Assembly (NCBI RefSeq): GCF_000341395.1
Contig: NC_020304.1
Span: 1,740,001-1,772,000 of the forward strand
Reading direction: 5' to 3'
DNA length: 32,000 bases
From: Desulfocapsa sulfexigens DSM 10523
GTDB taxonomy: Bacteria; Desulfobacterota; Desulfobulbia; Desulfobulbales; Desulfocapsaceae
Positions 9,667 to 17,588 of the stretch are shown here, in pieces. The first letter of the stretch is position 1; each line of letters begins with the position of its first letter. The notes under the pieces were generated by a model that saw nothing but the letters and a program-made list of their open reading frames with translations, searched no databases and was not told the DNA's origin. Position numbers and translations under genes: made by a program.

Positions 9667-10674
9667 TCAAGCCAGATTTCTATCCAGAAGTTCTTGGTAT
9701 ACTTCGGCTTCTGCATCAGCCAGAGAGTTTACTTTCTCCCCGATAGCAGCAAAGTCGACTGGTTTGTCTTTTTTCTTGCGTATGGCGGTAACTGCCAGCA
9801 GGGCAAACTCGCGCCACTGGTCGCCTACAGCGGTCATCATCCGTGATGCTTTCTGCAAATCCTTATTGTCGAGGAGAGTAGCTGCTTCCTGAAGAAATGA
9901 CGCATAGATAAAACGAAAACCGGCACCACCGGTTCCAATCTCTTCCTGCATTCGCACGATATGGCCGAGAAAGAGCCTGGCCCACCTGGGATCTTTTTGG
10001 TCGAGTCTTCCTATGCTTTTTGCCAGGGAACGAATACCGCGAATCCCGGCAATGGGAACGGGTGTTTTCAGCATGGCTTTGGCATTCTTATAGATCACCT
10101 TTGGAATAATAACAGGAAAATCAATATGCTTGGGAATATGGTGTGGATAGTAAAGTAATCCCTTTGGGGCCATCATTCCCTTTACAAAACGTGCTTTTTC
10201 AAGATCCTTTGCCTCACAACGTTGGCGTGTCTCAAATACAGGATCGCTGATCAGATATTGCCTGTCTTCCTTTCCGTAAATGATCAGATTATGGGCATTA
10301 AAGTGAAATCGCATTTCCGGGGGAAAGTAGGGAAGCCAGAAGACCGAGCTCTGGGCTCCGATTATTTTTCCCTGAGCAAGGAGTGTGTCGAGCATATCCA
10401 TACCCTTTTGTGGACTCGAGAAGGTGTGCATTTGCATTTTAATACCAAGATTTTGCTGCAATCCCTTTATGATGCCTTTTGGCCGTGTCCGATAGGTGAC
10501 AAGCGGCATGCCGCCCAGTTTAAGAAAGGGGATATAGGCAAACAGTAGAGCACCTGAGAGGCCGAAGGCCATGGCTTCCGAGAGCGGCAGCCCATGATGT
10601 GATATCATGAGTGACATCACGCCACTTTCACAATGGGCAAAATGTTTGTGCTGAAAAGGCACTTGCTTAGTCAT
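9667..10674 (-). CDS. BtrH N-terminal-domain-like, cysteine-protease-fold protein (putative acyl/aminoacyl transferase or peptidase)
   Basis: N-terminus HFAHCESGVMSLMISHHGLPLSEAMAFGLSGALLFAY carries a candidate catalytic Cys; HFNAHNLIIYGKEDRQYLISDP is a C39/BtrH-like His-Asp segment. Confidence 0.7.
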   Translation of the reverse strand: MTKQVPFQHKHFAHCESGVMSLMISHHGLPLSEAMAFGLSGALLFAYIPFLKLGGMPLVTYRTRPKGIIKGLQQNLGIKMQMHTFSSPQKGMDMLDTLLAQGKIIGAQSSVFWLPYFPPEMRFHFNAHNLIIYGKEDRQYLISDPVFETRQRCEAKDLEKARFVKGMMAPKGLLYYPHHIPKHIDFPVIIPKVIYKNAKAMLKTPVPIAGIRGIRSLAKSIGRLDQKDPRWARLFLGHIVRMQEEIGTGGAGFRFIYASFLQEAATLLDNKDLQKASRMMTAVGDQWREFALLAVTAIRKKKDKPVDFAAIGEKVNSLADAEAEVYQELLDRNLA

Positions 10675-10678
10675 TGTT

Positions 10679-11083
10679 TTACTTCTGCTCCGGCATTCTG
10701 CAGAGTTCCTCTGCGGTCATTCCGAGAGCGTTTCCGTATCGATCAAGCATTTTTGAGGAAAGTTTCCAGAAAACAGAGGGGTTGAAGTGGCGTTTGATGC
10801 GCCATTTATATATACCGGTTGATTCGGACAATACCTGCAGATCCATACGTCTGTCGTACATATAAAAAAAAAGGGGGGATTTGCTGCCACTGCCTACCTT
10901 TGTATAGGCATCTTTTGCGAGACGTTCAAGTTCCTGTACCGCCTGCATGGTTGCCTCTTCTTCGATCTTCCAGCCACTGGAAGCAATAACATCGTAGTTA
11001 CCGGCGCTGTCTGTTGCGTACATCGCTTTTTTGTTGTTTGCGTAGGTACGGATGTTATCCTGTGGGACTTCGTTCTGTTCCAT
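10679..11083 (-). CDS. Conserved-looking hypothetical protein, 134 aa, no recognised domain
   Basis: Intact ORF packed 4-5 nt from both neighbours in the same orientation; no motif recognised. Confidence 0.75.
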   Translation of the reverse strand: MEQNEVPQDNIRTYANNKKAMYATDSAGNYDVIASSGWKIEEEATMQAVQELERLAKDAYTKVGSGSKSPLFFYMYDRRMDLQVLSESTGIYKWRIKRHFNPSVFWKLSSKMLDRYGNALGMTAEELCRMPEQK

Positions 11084-11086
11084 TGC

Positions 11087-12241
11087 CTATACCACGGTGA
11101 AATGCATAAATGCCGTTGAAAATCTGCCGCTTTCCGGGACATAGCAGAGTATACGTTCCCCTTTTTCGAGACGTCCGGAGTTGAAGAGTTCTTCAAGAAT
11201 AATGTATATGGATGCTGATCCGGTGTTTCCCTTTGTGCTCAGGTTGCTGAACCATTTTTCTTGTGGGATATCACAATAAGCATGATGCATTCCTTTATAC
11301 ACCTTGTCACGAAAATAGGCAGAGGAGTAGTGGGGGAGGAACCAGTCAATCTGTTCGGGATCCACTCTGTTTTCTTTCACAAGTTCAAGGAGAGGTCTTG
11401 TCACGGTGTACTCAATGATTTTATCATTAAGCAGTTTGACATCCTGTTTTATGCTGAATGTTGAATGTTCCAGCCATTCCTGGGGGAGATATTCACGCCA
11501 TCCGCGCAGAGAACCATCCTGGAGTTTCTCGGCACCAGCATACATACAGGATTCTAGTTCACCGGCATAGGATTTCTGGTCAATCCAGTCTATGCGTAAG
11601 GATATCCCGTCCCTGGTACTGTTTGGCTTGTTGCTCATCCAGACAGCCCCGGCTCCATCACTCAGCATCCAGCGCAGGAAGTCTTTTTCAAAGGCGAGCT
11701 CGGGGTTCTTTTCCAGATCTTTGCTGCGCACGGCCATTTCTTCAGTGAAGAGGTGGCCGCGCAGGAGGGATGATACATTCTCGGAACCCGTTGCCACAGC
11801 ATTGCTGTTGAGTCCGGAGAGGATAGCCATATATCCATATTTCAGTGACATGGTACCCGCTAGACATATCCCTGCAGTTGCAACAGCTTCACATGGTGGC
11901 AGACCAAGCTCCCCAAGTACCATGAGTGCGTGGTTAGGCATGATCTGATCGGGAAGGGTGGTGCCGCAGGCAAGGAGCTCTATGGTATCCAGATCGCAGC
12001 CCTGTGTGCCAAGCATGCGTACGGCTTCTGCGGTGAGTTGAGCATTGTTGTGACTGGCGAGGCCGGTTTTGGGATCAATGGCATAGTAGCGGGAAATGAT
12101 TTTGTTACTGCGGAGAATCAGGTTTCGTACCCGTGATGGTCGTGTCGCCACCGGCTGAAGTAACGACTCCATGCTATCATTGGAAACCGCTTCATTGGGT
12201 AAAAATGCACTGATGCAATTGATAAAAACGTTTTGTAACAT
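11087..12241 (-). CDS. darB: 3-oxoacyl-ACP synthase III-like ketosynthase (DarB-like)
   Basis: KAS III-like Cys (VATAGICLAGTMSLKYG), His (DWFLPHYSSAYF) and Asn (STKGNTGSASIY) positions intact; adjacent to the DarA-like gene. Confidence 0.75.
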   Translation of the reverse strand: MLQNVFINCISAFLPNEAVSNDSMESLLQPVATRPSRVRNLILRSNKIISRYYAIDPKTGLASHNNAQLTAEAVRMLGTQGCDLDTIELLACGTTLPDQIMPNHALMVLGELGLPPCEAVATAGICLAGTMSLKYGYMAILSGLNSNAVATGSENVSSLLRGHLFTEEMAVRSKDLEKNPELAFEKDFLRWMLSDGAGAVWMSNKPNSTRDGISLRIDWIDQKSYAGELESCMYAGAEKLQDGSLRGWREYLPQEWLEHSTFSIKQDVKLLNDKIIEYTVTRPLLELVKENRVDPEQIDWFLPHYSSAYFRDKVYKGMHHAYCDIPQEKWFSNLSTKGNTGSASIYIILEELFNSGRLEKGERILCYVPESGRFSTAFMHFTVV

Positions 12242-12262
12242 GCGTTGTAAACTTAAAAGCCT

Positions 12263-13174
12263 TTATTTTCCTGAAGGTTGTTCATAGTATTTGACAGCCT
12301 TGGCGAGCGACTTTTTCCTGAATGGAGAAAGCAGCTTTCGGACCAGCATGTTCAAAGGTACAATGGTGAGTATCAGAGTCAATAGAAAGATTACATAGAT
12401 CGTGATAACAACATTACGTCCACGTGAATATTGGGGCCCTGCCTTTTTGATCAGTTTGGACCAGATCAAAAAACTGCGGTGGGCTATATGTTCCGTGGCA
12501 ATCAGCTTTCCGTTGACATTAACGGCTCCCATGTTATTCAGCAGTGGGAGACTATCCCGTTCTTCATCATGCTGCAATGCTTTGCAGAGACGATCCCCAA
12601 AACGAGAGGTGGAAGCAATTTCATTTTCGTGTACTCCTGCCCGGGGGAAGAACCAGAAGGCATCTTTCTTTCCGGTGAGCATCCAGCGTGGAGTGGTGAC
12701 AAAGGTGTAGAGCGATTTACCCTGATCTGTGAGCACCACGTTGTCCAGGAGGTGTGCACCAAGGTCCTTGAGCATCGTTTTCATTTTTTCCTGGGCCATC
12801 AGCCACATATCACGGCAGGCAATCACAGTTACTACTGGCGTATTGTTAAATACTTTTTTGGCCTGATCACTTTGCAGAAAACCGGTGACAGGAATGGAAG
12901 GAGAGAGAAACCAGGAGGTGTAGCCGAGCACGATGAGATCGTATTGTTCTTCTATTTGCAAGGTCTTCACCGGGCAGCCATCGAGGTAGACAGCTTCCGG
13001 GAACACATTGAAAAACCTGTAAAATGGCCAGGGGTAAGGATAGGGAGTTAGCGGCTCAATTTTTTGATAATCACATTGGATACCGTCACACTGTTTAAGA
13101 GGTGCGACAATCTGATCCATAACGGATTGCAGTTGTCCGCTTTGGGAGTAATAGAGAACCAGTACTTTTTTCAT
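12263..13174 (-). CDS. darA: DarA-like protein (dialkylresorcinol condensing enzyme/aromatase family, flavodoxin-like N-terminus, C-terminal TM)
   Basis: N-terminal KKVLVLYYSQSGQLQSVMDQI, the YDLIVLGYTSWFLSPSIPVTGFLQSD and VVTVIACRDMW motifs, and a C-terminal TM VITIYVIFLLTLILTIVPLNML. Confidence 0.75.
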   Translation of the reverse strand: MKKVLVLYYSQSGQLQSVMDQIVAPLKQCDGIQCDYQKIEPLTPYPYPWPFYRFFNVFPEAVYLDGCPVKTLQIEEQYDLIVLGYTSWFLSPSIPVTGFLQSDQAKKVFNNTPVVTVIACRDMWLMAQEKMKTMLKDLGAHLLDNVVLTDQGKSLYTFVTTPRWMLTGKKDAFWFFPRAGVHENEIASTSRFGDRLCKALQHDEERDSLPLLNNMGAVNVNGKLIATEHIAHRSFLIWSKLIKKAGPQYSRGRNVVITIYVIFLLTLILTIVPLNMLVRKLLSPFRKKSLAKAVKYYEQPSGK

Positions 13175-13263
13175 TGGCTGATTTTTCCTGTTAGCGGGTA
13201 TGGATGTTTATCCAATCCAGAGGTTGCTTGCTCAAAGTGTTCAGTGGTCATTTTTTCCTTCTG

Positions 13264-13371
13264 CAGCCTGGACGGCCACAGCAGAGCCCCCAGGGATGGG
13301 TTTATGGCGTCCCATATAATCGACACGGAACAACTCCGGGTTGCAAAGCTGAGTTTCGATGGTAATCAGGT
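13264..13371 (+). repeat. 108-bp direct repeat, copy B
   Basis: 102/108 identity, ungapped and same orientation, with 6613..6720; ends 2 nt before the M16 peptidase stop codon. Confidence 0.95.
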
Positions 13372-13373
13372 TC

Positions 13374-16292
13374 TTATAACTCGCCCAACTGATCAAAAAG
13401 ATCACTGTCAGCTTCAATTTTTGCACGGTTTCCAATGATCATCCGGTTACTGTTTGCCTGCATGGTGGCAAATGCATCGGCATAAGAACGCATGTCCTCT
13501 ACGGAGGTTGAAATGATCTCTTCAATTCGCTGCTGTTTGAACTCTGCGGTAATACCGTTCAGGTAATCATTGCGGGCAGAGATACCTTTTGCAGCAGAAG
13601 CCCGATGGGGAGTAAAGTTGCCGTAGGTTCCTATAATTAACTGATGCAGGACTTCTTTGGGCAGTTCAAGATTTTTGACCACTTCAGCCATGGCCTGATA
13701 ACAGGTATAGGTTTTTCGTACCTGCGGGTCACGGTAACTTATAACTGCAAAGTTACCACTGATAGGACTGAACTGGATAAAACAGCCATAGGCCCCACCC
13801 ATCTGCCGTACTGTATTCCAGAGATAATCACGGGAGAGGTAGGTTTTCAGAACCTCAAAATACCCCTTGTACCCTTCGCCTTCGGGCAGGAGTTTACCAC
13901 CCTGTACTGCGTAGACAACTTCTGCGGAGGTGATTAGCGCCTCATGTCTGGGAAGCTTTGGTATAATAAATTCCTGTCTGGGCGGTGTCATATCAGGGAG
14001 CGCTGATATCAGACCTCTGCAGTGCTTTTGAAAGCTGGTGACTTCGCTTTCATTGGCGGTAATAGAAATGGTCAGATTGTTTCGGTTGAAAAGCGTATCT
14101 GCCATCTCCCGAAGACCTGCTAGAAAGGCTTCTTCAAGTTTTGGGTAGTTATTGGCAAGTTCTTTGGTGCTGCGATAATTAGTGACCCCCGAGACCATTT
14201 CATTACAGGCTCCGGCTTTACTTAACTGGGCAAAGGCCAGCGATGCTGGGAGATTATACCCTTCGCTCTGGGCTTCGTGTTCTGTCCAGGCAAAATCACG
14301 AATAACAATTTCCTGAATATGAACGCGATCCTGCAGGGAGAGATCGGAGAAGACCTCACTCAAGAGTTGCAGGGCTCGTTCCTGGTACTCGGGCAGGCAT
14401 TTCATCTGGAACCAGAGGATGGGACGAAAGTCACCATGGCCACCTTTTTTGACATGGCAGTGGAAGTTATGCGAGAATCCTCCAGTACAGATCCCGACTT
14501 CCCTGGCAAAATGCATATAGTCCATTTTGGAGGTACCGATTTCGGTAACAATACTTCCGAAAAGATCCAGCCAGGGGAGATATTTTTGCGGGAGGCAGGA
14601 GACGTCAAAACCGATATCAATATAAGAAATATGATCGGTATTCAGTTCGCTGACCAGAAATTCGTGTCCGTCAATATCTGTGGCACGTACCTGATGAAAA
14701 TCGGGGTTCCGGTCAAGGTCCTCCAGTCCCAGTTGAGGAAGAAGGGCAAGAGTCTCCACACTGTTTGCCCGTTGCTGATCCTCCATCAGCTCCAGAGTTC
14801 TGGCAATAAGTTTTTCCTGGCTATGGGAGTCAAGACTTTTACCGTATGCTTCAAGACGTGCCGCCTCACTTGCCTGATCCCTGGTCTGTTTTTCTGGATC
14901 CGGCTTGAGGGTGATGACAACTGTAGCCGGGTTGTCGAGAAGGTATTTCTTGATCAGTTCCTCGAAGTAGTTCTCGTTTAATGCCCTGTTACGGATGGTT
15001 GCAAACAACTCGTTAATCTGCAGGGAATCGTAGGGGTCTGTGCCGTACTTGAATGCAGGCATTGCTTTGCCGATAAGATCCAGACCGCGTTGTGCCTTGC
15101 AGCCCTCTTCTCTCACCCCAAATTCATACTTGTTGAGTTCTGAAAGGATGAGGTCTGTAGCCAGGCCCTCCGCTGCCATCTGTGATAGAGTTTTTTTGTA
15201 GAGATTGAGGAACTCATCTCGTTTTTCAGAATCACTTCCCACAAGATAGGTTACCATCATGGTTTTGAAACTTGAGGTGGAGATATAAAAACCACCAAAG
15301 TCCTTACACAATCCACTGGTAATAATAGTATTCTTTAGAGGTGAGGCATCTGAGTTGTAGAGGATGTTGGAGATGATCTGGAAGGCTGCATTCTCTTCAC
15401 GATTCAGCACCGTTGAGACTCTGCTTGCAACAGCAAGAAAGGTTTTTTGATCTGTATTCTTTGAGTCGATGCTGTAACGGTCTTCAATGTAGGTTATTTT
15501 TTGTATCTCGTCTCCGGAAAGTACTTTTGCACGTTTCCCTTTTTCGGGGAATTCGGAAAGAAAATTATCCTGAAGATAGGACAGTTCATCACCAAGATCT
15601 GCATCGCCATAAATAAAAAATGTGGCGTTTGATGGATGGTAATGGGTTTTGTGAAAGGCACAAAATTCTTCATAGGAGAGTTCTGGAATGTTTTGCGGAT
15701 CCCCACCCGATTCATGGGCGTAGGTGGAATTTGGCATCAGGCCGCCAAATATATGATGAAAGATCAACCGTATGGGGTCGGAAAAGGCTCCTTTCATCTC
15801 GTTGTAGACAACACCCTGATACTGCAGGGGGGAATCTTTCCCCTCCTGGTGGTAATGCCAGCCTTCCTGTTCAAATGTGGATCTGGCCAGCAGTGGATTT
15901 AACACCACATCCATATACACATCCATAATGTTGAAATATTCCTTCAGGTTCCTGGTGGCAAAGGGATAGTAGGTGATATCCGATCCGGTCATGGCATTTA
16001 AAAATGTCATGAGTCCGCCCTTGTTGATTTCGCCAAAGACATCCTTAACCGGGTATTTTTTTGATCCCATAAGTACCGAATGCTCAAGAATATGAGCAAC
16101 GCCCTTGGAGTCGGTGGGAATGGTGTTGAATGAAACTGAAAAGGTTTTGTTATTGTCGCCATTCTTGATGGCCAGTAATGGACAGCCGAGAACATCGTGC
16201 TCAAAAAGATATACTTCTGCTTTTATTTCGTCGAGCTGTTGCACTTGTTTCAGGGTAAATCCGGAATAGGTAGAGCCTGGAGAATAGGTCAT
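13374..16292 (-). CDS. M16C-family (PreP/insulinase-like) zinc metallopeptidase
   Basis: Inverted zinc motif AHILEHSVLMGSKKYP, typical presequence-protease segments (GGLMTFLNAMTGSDITYYPFATRN), 972 aa. Confidence 0.92.
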   Translation of the reverse strand: MTYSPGSTYSGFTLKQVQQLDEIKAEVYLFEHDVLGCPLLAIKNGDNNKTFSVSFNTIPTDSKGVAHILEHSVLMGSKKYPVKDVFGEINKGGLMTFLNAMTGSDITYYPFATRNLKEYFNIMDVYMDVVLNPLLARSTFEQEGWHYHQEGKDSPLQYQGVVYNEMKGAFSDPIRLIFHHIFGGLMPNSTYAHESGGDPQNIPELSYEEFCAFHKTHYHPSNATFFIYGDADLGDELSYLQDNFLSEFPEKGKRAKVLSGDEIQKITYIEDRYSIDSKNTDQKTFLAVASRVSTVLNREENAAFQIISNILYNSDASPLKNTIITSGLCKDFGGFYISTSSFKTMMVTYLVGSDSEKRDEFLNLYKKTLSQMAAEGLATDLILSELNKYEFGVREEGCKAQRGLDLIGKAMPAFKYGTDPYDSLQINELFATIRNRALNENYFEELIKKYLLDNPATVVITLKPDPEKQTRDQASEAARLEAYGKSLDSHSQEKLIARTLELMEDQQRANSVETLALLPQLGLEDLDRNPDFHQVRATDIDGHEFLVSELNTDHISYIDIGFDVSCLPQKYLPWLDLFGSIVTEIGTSKMDYMHFAREVGICTGGFSHNFHCHVKKGGHGDFRPILWFQMKCLPEYQERALQLLSEVFSDLSLQDRVHIQEIVIRDFAWTEHEAQSEGYNLPASLAFAQLSKAGACNEMVSGVTNYRSTKELANNYPKLEEAFLAGLREMADTLFNRNNLTISITANESEVTSFQKHCRGLISALPDMTPPRQEFIIPKLPRHEALITSAEVVYAVQGGKLLPEGEGYKGYFEVLKTYLSRDYLWNTVRQMGGAYGCFIQFSPISGNFAVISYRDPQVRKTYTCYQAMAEVVKNLELPKEVLHQLIIGTYGNFTPHRASAAKGISARNDYLNGITAEFKQQRIEEIISTSVEDMRSYADAFATMQANSNRMIIGNRAKIEADSDLFDQLGEL

Positions 16293-16304
16293 TAGAGTCT
16301 CATA

Positions 16305-16754
16305 TTAAAAAAGTTTATTGGAATCAAGGAGAAGGGTTACCGGGCCGTCGTTAACAAGTTCTACAGCCATATGGGCTTGAAATTTACCACTTGCAGTGAC
16401 TATGTTCCTTTGTCTTACTGTCTCTATAAATTTGAGGTACTGGGTCTTTGCTTTTTCGGGTAGGGCAGCACTGGAGTAGCCGGGGCGTCGTCCCTTACGG
16501 CAATCACCATAGAGGGTGAACTGGGAAACGACAAGCATGGCACCACAGCTATCAATAAGAGATCGGTTCATTTTACCATCGTTGTCTTCAAAGATGCGAA
16601 GGTTGATGATTTTGTCAACCATCCATGTGATCTCTGCTTCCCCGTCATCTTTGTGGATGCCAAGGAGTACAAGAAGTCCTGCTCCAATCTCTCCTGTTTT
16701 TTCAGAATCAACAGTAACAGATGCACTGTTGACTCGCTGAATAACTGCTCGCAT
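16305..16754 (-). CDS. dtd: D-aminoacyl-tRNA (D-Tyr-tRNA) deacylase
   Basis: MRAVIQRV start, LVVSQFTLYGDCRKGRRPGYSSAA, and NDGPVTLLLDS. Confidence 0.95.
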   Translation of the reverse strand: MRAVIQRVNSASVTVDSEKTGEIGAGLLVLLGIHKDDGEAEITWMVDKIINLRIFEDNDGKMNRSLIDSCGAMLVVSQFTLYGDCRKGRRPGYSSAALPEKAKTQYLKFIETVRQRNIVTASGKFQAHMAVELVNDGPVTLLLDSNKLF

Positions 16755-16757
16755 ACT

Positions 16758-17411
16758 TTACACTCGAAGGTGCTTTGGTTTCAGTTCCATCCCTTTAAAA
16801 AGGATGTCCGAACATAACCAAGCCGGTTGTGGACTCGTCGGAAAAACCAACATCAAGGCGGACAACTGCACCGGAGAACATTGAAGAAGAGTTGTGACAC
16901 CACTCTTCATTGGATTCCAGGTGTTGCCTCCTACGGGGGCAGATTTAAGCAAACTGTCTTTCAGGGTGTAGTACTGCATGGCGTCACTTCGTGATGATCC
17001 CCAGGGCATGACAAACTCCATTTTGAAGTCTGTCCAGTTGTCATCTCCACTGTCTTCTACGTAGTCATCCATGTCAGAATCATTGCTACCCGCTCGGATA
17101 GTATCCTGCCTGAATCTGCCTGTGTAAGCCCGGTTTTTTGGATCCTGTCCATAGCCCTTTGCACCGCCGCCGACACCCAGGGTAAATCCCATACTCTCTG
17201 ATGAAAAGGCATAGGGCATAAGGCTGTTTTTTGTTCCTACCCTGGGGTTTTCTTCGCGGGTAAGGGTGTTTTTTACTGAGGTTCTGGGTTTCGCCTGAAG
17301 GGCTGGGACAAGAAAAATGGTTACCAGACCAAGGATGCAGAATGCTTTTAAAACTGTTGGGTAACTCATTAAGAACCTCTCTGGGTTTTTGTGTGAAAGT
17401 ATAGGTTTCAA
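16758..17411 (-). pseudogene. Decayed BamA/TamA-like (surface-antigen) outer membrane beta-barrel gene
   Basis: Signal peptide then SLMPYAFSSESMGFTLGVGGGAKGYGQD and RAYTGRFRQDTIRAGSNDSDMDDYVEDSGDDNWTDFKMEFVMPWG. The current frame ends in a low-quality tail, while the +1 frame over 16795..16893 reads SSSMFSGAVVRLDVGFSDESTTGLVMFGHPF*, a typical OMP C-terminus ending in Phe. Confidence 0.6.
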
Positions 17412-17588
17412 GTAAACAGAACTTAACCGAAAAAAAAATTTTTTCCAAATGTTCTGGCCGGTCCTGTAAGAGAAACTGAAAATAATTCTTAAGAAGGGAA
17501 TGTGTTGGAAAGATTACCTTATCTACAGGGCTTATGAAGGGAGGGTGTGTTGAATGTTGCACTCTTTTACCAGAACTGACCATGGACT

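Noticed and set aside
13064-13438. 124-aa plus ORF spanning the darA start and repeat copy B
   Set aside because: Mostly antisense to darA and outside conserved sequence; only the 35-aa repeat-encoded portion looks constrained.
14277-14981. 234-aa plus-strand ORF
   Set aside because: Fully antisense to the well-supported M16 peptidase; shadow ORF.
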